Positions 1 to 34,131 of a stretch of DNA of 64,000 nt are shown here, piece after piece. The stretch is from Macrostomum lignano (taxonomy: Eukaryota), in contig NIVC01000486.1 of NCBI GenBank assembly GCA_002269645.1, forward strand, positions 186,001 through 250,000. Direction: 5' to 3'. The translations under genes and the position numbers were made by a program. Within the stretch, counting starts at the first letter, position 1; each line of letters opens with the position of its first letter. A model generated the notes under the pieces. That model saw only the letters and a program-made list of their open reading frames with translations, searched no databases and was not told where the DNA came from.

Positions 1-212
1 AGGCCGATAGCTGTAGTTTAAATAAGACCCGAAAATACTGGTAGCTTGTATTGGCTGGCATTGTAAAAACCAGCTGCGGCAGCACGGCAGGCCTCTACAA
101 AGCTCAATAACAGAGCCTGACTTTTACTACTTGCATGAGCTTGCTCTAGAAGAAGTTTAATTCAGTAGTTTAATTTGCTCAATAGAGACGAAGAGACCCC
201 ATTATTGTAAGA

Positions 213-3200
213 ATGTCAAGGCCAACTTTGATAACACAACGAAAGTCGTGGGGTAAGCTTATACGTGCGCTCTTACTTTTAGTAACACTTATTAAGTGTC
301 ATATAGTGAGTTTCAATTGAGTACATAGTATAACCGAAAACATGGGGTGGTGGGCTTAATGCCTTATCGGGGTTGATAGCATGGGGTGGTGGGCTACAAT
401 CCTTGATTGCTTATCGGGGCTGATAGCATGGGGTGGTGGCCTACAATCCTTAATAGCTTATCGGGGCTGATAGCATGGGGTGGTGGCCTACAATCCTTAA
501 TTGCTTATCGGGGCTGATAGCGTGAGTTGGTGGGCTACAATCCTTAATAGCTTATCGGGGCTGATAGCATGGGGTGGTGGCCTACAATCCTTGATTGCTT
601 ATCGGGGCTGATAGCATGGGGGTGGGCTACGATCCTTAATGCCTTATCGGGGTTGATAGCATGGGGTGGTGGGCTACAATCCTTAATAGCTTATCGGGGC
701 TGATAGCATGGGGTGGTGGCCTACAATCCTTAATAGCTTATCGGGGCTGATAGCATGGGGTGGTGGCCTACAATCCTTAATTGCTTATCGGGGCTGATAG
801 CATGGGGTGGTGGCCTACAATCCTTGATTGCTTATCGGGGCTGATAGCATGGGGGTGGGCTACGATCCTTAATGCCTTATCGGGGTTGATAGCATGGGGT
901 GGTGGGCTACAATCCTTAATAGCTTATCGGGGCTGATAGCATGGGGTGGTGGCCTACAATCCTTAATAGCTTATCGGGGCTGATAGCATGGGGTGGTGGC
1001 CTACAATCCTTAATTGCTTATCGGGGCTGATAGCATGGGGTGGTGGCCTACAATCCTTAATTGCTTATCGGGGCTGATAGCATGGGGTGGTGGCCTACAA
1101 TCCTTAATTGCTTATCGGGGCTGATAGCGTGAGTTGGTGGGCTACAATCCTTAATAGCTTATCGGGGCTGATAGCATGGGGTGGTGGCCTACAATCCTTG
1201 ATTGCTTATCGGGGCTGATAGCATGGGGGTGGGCTACGATCCTTAATGCCTTATCGGGGTTGATAGCATGGGGTGGTGGGCTACAATCCTTAATAGCTTA
1301 TCGGGGCTGATAGCATGGGGTGGTGGGCTACAATCCTTAATAGCTTATCGGGGCTGATAGCATGGGGTGGTGGCCTACAATCCTTAATTGCTTATCGGGG
1401 CTGATAGCATGGGGTGGTGGCCTACAATCCTTAATTGCTTATCGGGGCTGATAGCGTGAGTTGGTGGGCTACAATCCTTAATAGCTTATCGGGGCTGATA
1501 GCATGGGGTGGTGGCCTACAATCCTTGATTGCTTATCGGGGCTGATAGCATGGGGGTGGGCTACGATCCTTAATGCCTTATCGGGGTTGATAGCATGGGG
1601 TGGTGGGCTACAATCCTTAATAGCTTATCGGGGCTGATAGCATGGGGTGGTGGCCTACAATCCTTAATAGCTTATCGGGGCTGATAGCATGGGGTGGTGG
1701 CCTACAATTCTTAATTGCTTATCGGGGTTGATAGCATGGGGTGGTGGGCTACAATCCTTAATAGCTTATCGGGGCTGATAGCATGGGGTGGTGGCCTACA
1801 ATCCTTAATAGCTTATCGGGGCTGATAGCATGGGGTGGTGGCCTACAATTCTTAATTGCTTATCGGGGCTGATAGCATGGGGTGGTGGCCTACAATCCTT
1901 GATTGCTTATCGGGGCTGATAGCGTGAGTTGGTGGGCTACAATCTTTAGTGGTTTATCCAGGAGAATGTGCAATCGTTGACCTATCATCAATTGATGTCT
2001 AAATCTTCCATAATTCGACTTTAGATGGAGCAGTTAACAGCTTCTTCGTGCAGTTTTGGAAAGTGTTTTTGACACAAGATTTATCAATTATCAAAGCCTG
2101 CCACTGTCCATCCCAGATCTCAAGAGCGCCAGAAGCTGCAGCAACCTGCCTTCGCCAGTAAAGCCATCAGCCGGCAGCGTCAGCAATGGCCGCTGCAGCG
2201 TCGCCGACAGTAACAGTGACAAAGAAGTTGCCGGAAGCTACGTGGAGTCGCTGGAGCGCAAGCTTCGAAGCCAGGAGGCCGAGTGCCGCGCCCTAGCCAG
2301 AGAGCGCTGCCAGCTATCGGCCCAGCTGCAGGACAGCGTCGAGTACATCGGCGATCTGGAGCGCGAACTACTCCGACTGCAGGAAAGTGAGCAGGGTGCT
2401 GCTACCGGTGCTGACCACAATTACGTCGTGGAAGAAGAGGAGAAGCATCCGATGGAGCTGCGGGAGGAGGTTCAGTATAATGACATTCTTTGCTCGGAGC
2501 TGGCTGAAGAGAATGACCAATTGCGGGAGCAGATTAACCAACTGATGCGGGAGTTGCAGAGCCTGGCGACTCAGAGGGACTCGCCAGAGATGGCTGCGGT
2601 TGCAACTGCAGACGTGGCTGCTCAGGTAAAAACTAATCATATTGCAATAGTTAATCAGATGACAGGTGAGACCTACTATGCTAAAATATTGTCCTATATA
2701 TGTCCCGTCCCTGACTGCTCATGCAGACTCTTTGCAGCCTGAAAGATGAAGAGACTCAAGCGAATGACAATTCTGCTGAGGCTGCAGCGGCAGTCGCAGC
2801 GGCAACGGCAGCGGCAAAAGTGACGTCCTTGAAGCTCAGATTGAGCGAGCTGGAACGAGAGCGACAGATCACACAAAAGCGGGTCGAGAGTTTGACTCTT
2901 CAGATTGCTGGTGAGTTGCTGGTGCACTTTAATGTAGTTGGGAATCCTAGTAGTGACTTCTACCGTTTGATGTTGTTGTGTCCACCGTTTGATGTTTTGT
3001 GTCTACCGTTTGATGTTTTGTGTCTACCGTTTGATGTTTTGTGTCTACCGTTTGATGTTTTGTGTCTACCGTTTGGTGTGTTGTCTTTACCGGTCGACGT
3101 TTTGTGTCTACCGGGTTGATGTGTTGTGTCAACCGTTCGATGTACCGTGATTTGTGTCTTCCGTTTGATGTTTTGTGTCTACCGGTTGATATTTTGTGTC

Positions 3201-6200
3201 TACTGGTTGATGTGTTTTGTCTACCGTTTGATGTGTTGTGTCTCCGGTCGATGTTTTGCGTCTACCGGTTGATATTTTGTGTCTACCGTTTGATGTGTTG
3301 TGTCTCCGGTCGATGTATTGTGTCTACCGTTTGATGTGTTGTGTCTCCGGTCGATATGTTGTGTCTACCGCTTGATGTGTTGGGTCTTACCGTTTGATTT
3401 GTTGGGTCTTACCGTTTGGTGTGTTGTGTCTACCGTTTGATTTGTTGGGTCTTACCGTTTAGTGTGTTGTGTCTACCGTTTGATGTGTTGGGTCTTACCG
3501 TTTGATTTGTTGGGTCTTACCGTTTGGTGTGTTGTGTCTACCGTTTGATTTGTTGGGTCTTACCGTTTAGTGTGTTGTGTCTACCGTTTGATTTGTTGGG
3601 TCTTACCGTTTGGTGTGTTGTGTCTACCGTTTGATTTGTTGGGTCTTACCGTTTGGTGTGTGGTGTCTACCGTTTGATGTGTTGTGTCTCCGGTCGATAT
3701 GTTGTGTCTACCGCTTGATGTTTTGGGTCTTACCGTTTGATTTGTTGGGTCTTACCGTTTGGTGTGTTGTGTCTACCGTTTGATGTGTTGGGTCTTACCG
3801 TTTGATTTGTTGGGTCTTACCGTTTGGTGTGTTGTGTCTACCGTTTGATTTGTTGGGTCTTACCGTTTGGTTAGTACTTTGTGTTTGCGTTTGCTATGAA
3901 TTGCTTTCTCTTAGGTTTCTATGTGGTTTGAAATATTATATTTAACTAAGTGGGTCATCCATTTTAAAATGCTTTGTTTGATGCTGAGAAACTGGAGTGC
4001 TAACCGCGCTTGAAAGCTTTTTCCTGAAGATGCAATACGCTCGTAGAAGCGAATGCACTTGCATGAATACTGATTGGTGACGACTTTGCTTGCAGAATCA
4101 ACCGATCGATACAAGCAACTACAAGTCGCACATCAGAGCAGCCTGGCAGCAGAAAATCTGGCCAGAGATGAGGCAGACAGCCTCCGGCAACATTTGGCCG
4201 CTTTGCAGGCTGCGGAGGCGGCCGAAACACAGCAAGCTGTTGATAAGGTTTGCCACTAACCCACTGACACTCTGGCTTTGTTGAGGACACTTCATCAACG
4301 ATAGTTCGATTGTATTGTGGCCCTCTTGATTCCGGAGTCATCAGATCTATCTTATGTATATAAAGTGCTCCTCATGATCACTCCCGATTATCCCAGTGTC
4401 ACCTGATCACTCCTGATTATCCCAGTGTCACCTGATCACTCCTGATTACCCCAGGGTCACCTGATCACTCCTGATTATCCCAGTGTCACCTGATCACACC
4501 AGATGATTATCCTAGTGTCACCTGATAGTCACCAAAATCAATATGCTAAAGAATTCCAATGGGTCAAAATGCAGTCTCATATTCACGTGAATTGCAGGCG
4601 CTGTCAGAAGTGCAGCATCGCTGCAACCAGGAGCTGCAATCTCAAACTGCTCAACTTTTGAGTCGCCTAGCCGGGCTGGAGTCGCAGCTGACTGCGTGCC
4701 GAGAGCTGCTGCGCTGGTCAGGTTCCAATTCCGACCGGGACTGGCAGCGGGTCAAGGCTGAGGTGAGCCAAGTGAGATTTGACTTAGTGTCCGGTTTCGT
4801 TAATTTAATTTAATACAATTCAAATTCGCGCCAAAATGAGCATTGTTCAACAATCTTTTAAACACGCAGAAAACTCTATTTGAGCTCCAAAATGATCTTG
4901 AGAATCTTGAAAGTACTCAAGTACTCTTAAGACTTGGCTTTTGGGGTGGTTATCGATTGTTTAAAGGTGCCATTTTAGCGCGAATTCAAGTTGGATTTAA
5001 TTTAACGAACGGTCTAAGCAGATATGGAAATACGAGTTGTTCAGCTGACACAAGCTGGGCGTTTTGATCAAAAAAATGCTTTTTGATATTTCCATATATG
5101 GTATTAATTGAGAACCTTGGATCACTTTAAGCGACATTGTCACACAACCAGCGAGAGTCATTGCTGCCCATTCCGCCGACTCCCCTGAGCAGGCACACAA
5201 GCGCGTGGATACGTATGCAATCATATGCACAGGCACTCACTCACACAGGAGTGCACAGCGGTCCTAACCCATCGGCCCTCAATGGCGTTAATTGCACGAG
5301 CAGAGCCAAGCCGAGATTCCAATTTAGCCCCAAATTAATGCGACTGCACTTGGAATCGAGCCTGGGCCGCTGGTAGATCTATTTAAGCTTGGAAGTGAAG
5401 AGCAGCGAAGTATGGGACAGATCCCTCTACGAACACAAAGCATAGTCCTAGAGGGAGTAGGCGTCAACATCACAGTACACTAGCTCAATAATACTTCTTT
5501 TAGGTGGAAGAAACAATAGCAACTGCAGGTTTGCTAATAATAATAATAATTGATGTGCAACCGACAGCTCAGCCGCAGCTATTGAGCGGCGCATCTGAAG
5601 GCTGCGTACGGCGGTTCAGTCCAGGGACTGGGGGGTCGCCACACACACCTTCAATTACCCCAGCTAATGCTGGCACCCATTTTACAGCTGGGTGAACTGA
5701 AGCAATGCAGAGTTAAGTGTCTTGCTCAAGGACACAAATTGTTCCAGTGGGATCGGGAATCGAACCCTTGACTTTTCAGTCGTGACTCCGACGCTCGAAT
5801 CACTAGGCTACAAGCTGGTTTGATAATAATCATAGATAATCATAGATAACTGTTTGAGAGTTTCCCTACGAGCCTATAACACAGCAAATAACCATACGAG
5901 TGAAGAGATCTTCAAAAAACTATACGATTGCTTCCAAGCTCCAAACCCACCCCTCTCCAGCTGTGTCTGCTGCGCCAGGCATCTGAGGCCGCTGCCAGCC
6001 CAGACGAGCTGCTACGCCAGCTGGCTGATCGAGAGGAGCGCCTGCTCGAAATGGAAGCTCGACTTCAGTCGCTTTCTCCGCCCCAGCAGCTGCCTACGAA
6101 GCCAACGGAGTCACCGCAGCAGCAACGACGGCGGCAGCAGCGAAGGCACTTCCTGTTGCTTGGCGGTCGGCGACGGAAGCAGACGAAAGAAGACACTGGC

Positions 6201-7160
6201 GGCAAGAGTGACAAAGAGGACTGTGACGTCACTCGCGCAGACGATTGCGGGGTCAGCAGTTCGAGCAGCGATCAGACAGCCGCCATACTGGCTGAGCGAG
6301 TGAAATCTACACTAGCAATGATGGAGGCTAGAATCTGCGAAGCTCAAGCAACGGCGAGATTGGTGCGCTCGAGGGTTCCTGATCGGGATTGTGCTCCATG
6401 CTCAGGACTGATTGTTGCTGGGGTGTTGTTGCGTGATCGGGATTGTGCTCAATGCTCAGGACTGATTGCCTCTGGGGTTTGTTGTGGCGGTGTGATCGGG
6501 ATTGTGCTCCATGCTCTGCTTTTGAGATGAATATTTTTGCGGTCGCGTGAATGCAACTACAAAGTTTTTAGTTCGTCAGTATTGCAGCGCTAAGCTAATT
6601 CACCCACTGCAGACCGGAGCCCTCAAGGTTGACTGCGACAGTTGGAAGCGACGCTGCCGGACTCTCGAGGCTGCGATTGCGTCGTCAGCTGGTTGGTCCT
6701 CTCCGAGAGAATTTGTGGTGAGGATGACTTCATTTCAAGTTCAACAGTACACGAACTTTTAAAGCTCAGCTTGAGTGTGACAATCAAATTGTACTCATTC
6801 AACCGTTTTTTTCTCAAGTTTTCAAACGCCGCACTTTTCCAGTTGGCACCGCCTTCACTCTCAGCCGGCCTGACCGCATCCGAGAGCCCGATGGAGGCTT
6901 CCACTGTCTTAAAATTGGTTCAGTAAGTTTTCATCTGTCACGTTTTTGTGACGAGTTTCTGTGCCTTTTTCTCGTTTCTCTCACAGTCTTAGCCTGCAGT
7001 GCAAAAGTCTCTGCTCGCTCCCACGCTCCATCTGATACCCCCTTCTGCGCGCGGATTCTGCTCCGACCGTCTCTGTTGCGATGAAGAAATGAAGACAATC
7101 GGGCGGCAAAATTCTGAACCTGTCGTGTCCGATGTCCGATCCACAGCGCACCGCAATTGA
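213..7160 (+). CDS. Coiled-coil protein of unknown function, multi-exon. Well-supported internal exons: about 2054/2117-2625, 2727-2910, 4096-4247, 4598-4762, 5961-6362, 6613-6691, 6843-6922. Tentative first exon 213-252 and tentative last exon 6993-7160; an alternative 3' exon 7199-7502 is unresolved.
   Basis: The internal exons chain by AG/GT sites with matching phases (0,1,0,0,0,1). Heptad-like E/L/Q/R-rich segments such as LERKLRSQEAECRALARERCQLSAQLQD and LKLRLSELERERQITQKRVESL. No family recognised. Start and end are inferred. Confidence 0.6.
343..1945. repeat. 47-bp minisatellite (GCTTATCGGGGCTGATAGCATGGGGTGGTGGCCTACAATCCTTAATA) with recurring variant units
   Basis: About 34 direct tandem copies. 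Confidence 0.95.
2960..3870. repeat. About 21-bp minisatellite (TGTCTACCGTTTGATGTGTTG)
   Basis: Direct tandem copies in an intron of the coiled-coil gene. Confidence 0.9.
4375..4526. repeat. 29-bp minisatellite (TGATCACTCCTGATTATCCCAGTGTCACC), about 5 copies
   Basis: Direct tandem copies. Confidence 0.9.
5110..5373 (-). mobile_element. tRNA-derived SINE family B, 5'-truncated copy
   Basis: Aligns with 36950-37281; retains the B-box-like GGCTCGATTCC but lacks the A-box part. Confidence 0.65.
5535..5815 (-). mobile_element. tRNA-derived SINE family A (CORE/MIR-like central domain), copy 1
   Basis: On the - strand: A box TAGCCTAGTGA, B box GGTTCGATTCC, core TGTGTCCTTGAGCAAGACACTTAAC...CAGCTGTAAAATGGG and an (ATT)n tail. 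Near-identical copies occur elsewhere in the window. Confidence 0.85.
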
Positions 7161-7573
7161 ACGCTTAAGGTTAAGAAAAATCTGTAACACTTTCTCAGGT
7201 CACGTGATGCTCCAGACGAACCTACCATGACCTCGCCTCGCGCGTCCTTGACTTCCCTGACGGCGACGATGAGCCGTAGTCTCGCGGCTGTCGACCGCTG
7301 TCGATCGGTCAGTTCCGGCGACACCCGCGGAGACCTCCGGCTTGGCCACCAGCACCAGCAGCAGCAAAAACAGCAACCACAAAAGCAACAAGCACTCCAT
7401 CAAAAGTTAGCAACTGCAGGCACCGCCAGGAGATGCTTGAGCAGCCTGGGACTGAACCGGCGTCGCGGTCGGGCCGGCTCGGGTTCAAATGAGGACAGCT
7501 GAGCAAAACGGTCAGGTGTACCGTAAAAGAAAATTTTAATTAATAGACCGTGTATTTAGTACTTGCTTTAACA

Positions 7574-7870
7574 GGGGTTGTAGCCTAGTGGTCAGAGCGT
7601 CGGAGTCACGACTGAAAGGCCGGGGGTTCGATTCTCGATCCACTCGCAATTTTGTGTCCTTGAGCAAGACACTCAACTCTGCATTGCTTCAGTTCACCCA
7701 GCTGTAAAATGGGTGCCAGCATTAGCTGGGGTAATTGAGGCTGTGTGTGGCGACCCCCCCAGTCCTTGGACTGAACCGCCGTACGCAGCCTTCAGATGCG
7801 CCGCGCAATAGCTGCGGCTGAGCTGTCGGTTGCACATCTTGGGGCAGGTGTAATCAATTTATTATTATTG
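7574..7870 (+). mobile_element. SINE family A, copy 2
   Basis: GGGGTTGTAGCCTAGTGG...GGTTCGATTCTC head, the same core and 3' body, ATT tail. Confidence 0.85.
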
Positions 7871-9256
7871 ATATTATTTAATATAGAAAAATAGCTTTCA
7901 CTTTAGACTTCGAATACTTCTGTCTGGCTGTTAAGTACGAGCGTATATGTCCTCATATCACTACTCTCCCTTTGCTATCCCTCATGTTTTTGTTGTCTGA
8001 ATTTATACTGTCGTGTAGATTTTAAAAAAATTGCACCAATTTTCCTGGAATTCTGTTTTAGCTTAACAAAAAATCAATAAACGAATAAGGTATATTTCAG
8101 CTTCTGCATTGATGCAGACATTTGCTAAATATATTTTTTCAGCAGGAATAAAAAAGAAATTAGCAAGGAACCCTTGCTAGAACTTCTTTTATTGTATCGA
8201 TTTGTTTCAGGTGACTGTGGTCCACTTTATTGATAAAATCTAACGGAGAGGAAGCTGGTTAAAGTGAAATTAAAAGGACAATTGAACAGGCCGGGCCAAA
8301 TATCGAATTCGGGCAAATGAGCGGTGATTACCGATCGTTATATTGTAGGATTTCGCGGGGGAGGAATGGCCGCCTGCGGTTGCTAAATTGAAAAAACAAA
8401 AGCAAACTATTTTTTAAATGTCGCGGCTACACGCTTAAATACGGGATACGTTTTAGTACATGTATAACAAAGTTGATCGTTTGGAAAACTGCTTCACTAT
8501 GTACATTATAATTTTGAGTAAATTTCTGTAGTACTCGTAGAAGTGTTTGAATATTAGGAATTTCACCACAACGCGTGGACAGCAACGAAATTAATTTAAA
8601 AAATTACGTATTGTAGTAGTGTCACGGACACTTCACAGCCGCTTTAAGGACTAAATTGCTTCTTAAAGGACTAATGCCTACGGGAAATAGTTCTAAAGAA
8701 GGTTAATTAAAGTTGTCGGTTTTGTAAAAGTTCCTACAATGAATTTTAACAAAAATTATAGAAACATGTTAGAAACAGAGAAGAGGTTGAGATGTCAAGA
8801 GGAAATCTGTTTTCTTTTCTAATTTGTTCACATCATTTTATTACTTCTTCTGAACCCCCAAGAAAGTCCGTGATAATCGAAAATGTGAACAACGAAACAA
8901 GGACTAATAATTAAAACCAGTGATTTAATCTACGAGAAAAGAAAAAGGAAACAGTGCCAATAAAGCTAGCAACTTGGTAAACAAGGCAGTTTAGTGACAG
9001 AAAAAAACTCAATTTCTGTGTTCTGCTTTTGAGCTTTGAACAAATCCTTTCGTGCACGCACCGAAATCCGCTATCGGAGCTGGGCGCCAAGTTGCAATCC
9101 AGGTTGGCAGAATTATCCTACAGCTGCACTGTGTGTCTGTCTGACTACAAAATCTTGGATTATTGGCTTGAAACTACTGTAAGTAACACCGATCGATTTC
9201 CCAGATTACCCCAGTATTGCCCAAAATATTCGCAGATCTCCGGCGCCTTTGAAATT

Positions 9257-31309
<22,053 letters not shown>

Positions 31310-31324
31310 GCCCCTGCGATTCCG

Positions 31325-33146
31325 CTGGGATAAGCTATAGCCAAGACAGGGAAATTCTGTAGGGATAATACGGCAACAGCCGATCCGGTTAGGGCAGATG
31401 TCGCCGCTGCTATACGGATTTCGGGTGATTTTCTACCGTCGACTATGCGAGAGAATGTCGCTCTCTGGGTGTGCGCTCTCTAGCGGCGAGACTGGGTCAG
31501 AGAGAGAAAGAGAGGGGCAGAGAGAGAACTGGTGAGTAGATCTGCTTGGATTGAAGCGGGTGTACTCAACTCTCTTCACCTCTCTCTCTCCCTCCCTGTC
31601 CCACCTTTCCGTGTTCAAAGTACTCAAAGTAGCAGAGAAGAATGGGTAGTAAGGCGCAGTTTTATCGCTCTACTAGCTAAACCTCCAACCCGCAGTAGGG
31701 GTCTGCATGGCTTTTTGAGTTTGAGGCTGGGACATGCCTAGAAGGTTTATGAAATGCATGAGAACACACGCGATAGTCACTTAAAGACGGCAATTGTAGG
31801 GACCAGTGGCACCTTGCTTTTTATAATGCATCTCTGGGTTTAGTTAAGGTTGAAACAACTATAAATATGTTCAGAGAGAGCGAGATTACTCAAGTCCACT
31901 AGGTGAGAGGTGGACGCCCTGTGGCTGAGTACACGCCCGAGTCAGGAAAATGCAATGCACAGCTCTACTCCGCTTGCTATTGCAAACCTTCTCCACAAGC
32001 TGGAGACGGCAGTGCAAAGCGCTTGGTGAGTCAGCCCTCATTCCCTCCCATGGGGCGTTGCTCCACCCATGCTTTTCTGCTGAGCTCAACTTCCTCGCCG
32101 GGTGACAATGGAGTGTAAAGAACGTTGCTGCTGCACTACTTGTACTTGCCTTGGAAAGTAGTGTCTTATTTGAAGCTTTTTTCAGTGTTTAAAATGAGAA
32201 ATGCCTCTTTGTGACACAGAGAGAGGTGACCTGTTAGACAGAGAGGTTGACCTGTTAGACAGAGAGGTGACCTGTTAGACAGAGAGGTTGACCTGTTAGA
32301 CAGAGAGGTGACCTGTTAGACAGAGAGGTTGACCTGTTAGACAGAGAGGTTGACCTGTTAGACAGAGAGGTGACCTGTTAGACAGAGAGGTTGACCTGTT
32401 AGACAGAGAGGTGGACCTGTTATACAGATAGAGGACCTGTTAGACAGAGAGGTGGACCCGTTAGACAGAGGACCTGTTAGACAGATAGATGACCTGTTAG
32501 ACAGATAGATGACCTGCTAGACAGATAGATGACCTGTTAGACAGATAGATGACCTGTTAGACAGATAGATGACCTGTTAGACAGATAGATGACCTGTTAG
32601 ACAGATAGATGACCTGTTAGACAGATAGATGACCTGTTATACAGATAGATGACCTTTTAGACAGATAGATGACCTGTTAGACAGATAGATGACCTGTTAG
32701 ACAGATAGATGACCTTTTAGACAGATAGATGACCTGTTAGACAGATAGATGACCTGTTAGACAGATAGATGACTTGTTAGACAGATAGATGACCTGTTAG
32801 ACAGATAGATGACCTGTTAGACAGATAGATGACCTGTTAGACAGATAGATGACCTGTTAGACAGATAGATGACCTGTTAGACAGATAGATGACCTGTCAG
32901 ACAGATAGATGACCTGTTAGACAGATAGATGACCTGTTAGACAGATAGATGACCTGTTAGACAGATAGATGACCTGGTAGACGGAGATGTGACCTGCTAG
33001 TCATCGAAAATATACTTTTCAAAATTTTTCCTAGCCAACATGTGAAGTGCACTTCGAACGAAGCGAACTTTGCACGATATGAATCAGTCAGGAAAATTTA
33101 AACTACAGAACCGCAAAATAATTCCCCCCCCCGGGAATGACTCACC
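31325..33146 (-). other. Predicted 5' UTR intron of the spectrin/Ig gene (non-coding exon ending at 33146)
   Basis: Consensus donor CAG|GTGAGT at 33146/33145 on the - strand and acceptor TTATCCCAG 15 nt upstream of the ATG at 31309. Confidence 0.45.
32213..33000. repeat. 20-21-bp minisatellite (GACCTGTTAGACAGATAGAT)
   Basis: Direct tandem copies within the predicted 5' UTR intron. Confidence 0.95.
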
Positions 33147-33747
33147 TGCTTGTTACTGTTTGACTGGCCATCCCCGCGTGTTATAAGAATTCTTAATCGC
33201 CCCGGCAACAACTAGGCGTAGCCAAAAATATGGCTTATCGATCTCTCTTTTGCTTATGAGATCCTGTCAAAAACAGAATACCTTTACGGACAGACTGCAA
33301 CAGTAGTATCGGCTTTGTCAAGCGCTGTTAATGCTAACTGCATGCCTCTCCTGTAGTCCCGCTCTATATATTCCGTAGCACGCACTGCATGGTGGGCACA
33401 GTCAGGCAACTAGAATAGCCAGGAGAGGGTGAGAGCTGCATTTGTGTTCGCTTCGAGTAATATACAGTGCATCGGAACCGTGTTGACAGGGAAAGCCAAC
33501 GGCATGCCATTTTTCATAGGTTTTTTCTGTCTGGCTGGGGGCGCAGCGTACATACGCCAATGCATGCCTGGAGCTGAGAAAACACAGAATGCCTGGGGGC
33601 TGCCTGCGACTTTGTTTCCTTTTGGTAATTGGAGCAATCTATATAACTAAATCTGAAAAGTTTCTTTAGTTAACTATAATTGAATAGAAGTGAAGCCTGA
33701 GGTGGGCCTGAGGTAAAACAGCACCTATTTCTAACTTGTGCTCAATA

Positions 33748-34131
33748 CCCGTACAGCAATCGACGTCCATGACAAATATGTAGTTTTAAATTGATCCACG
33801 AAATGTCATGCACTTCACGGTAAAGACCTGTCTCTGTCATTATGATACTTGTAATATATATATACTCGTAGCTGCATTTGTATCATATATATCAGTATCA
33901 TATATATATGATACTGACGACCGCCTGTTTTGGCCATAGACAATTCAACAAATGCAGCTACGAGTAATATGGAGCGAGAATTTAAGTTTTTGGGCCAAGG
34001 TCACGATCGAGTGCGCGCTACGCACTTCCACATTCCATTACACCGACGCTCATTACACCAGTCGTTATCCGCGTCGTTCGATGAAATGTAAAAGTACATA
34101 TATATCATAGACGTCGATAGTGCTGTATGGG
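33748..34131. mobile_element. MITE-like or foldback element with nested inverted repeats
   Basis: Imperfect outer IR 33748-33772/34105-34131, perfect 19-bp IR 33863-33881/33948-33966, perfect 26-bp palindrome 33892-33917. ATA occurs on both flanks. Confidence 0.5.

Noticed and set aside
7200-7403. Small - strand ORF resembling a secreted prepropeptide (MMECLLLLWLLFLLLLVLVA...RRR)
   Set aside because: The hydrophobic stretch is the reverse complement of CAG/CAA (poly-Gln) codons on the + strand; there is no independent support.
7574-7647. tRNA-like sequences here and at the other SINE heads
   Set aside because: No proper acceptor-stem pairing or poly-T terminator, the anticodon arm varies between copies, and each runs into a shared SINE body.
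8620-8999. Possible solo LTR (TGTCAC...GTGACA with an internal AATAAA)
   Set aside because: No target-site duplication (GTAG versus GAAA) and no second copy; 6-bp termini can arise by chance.
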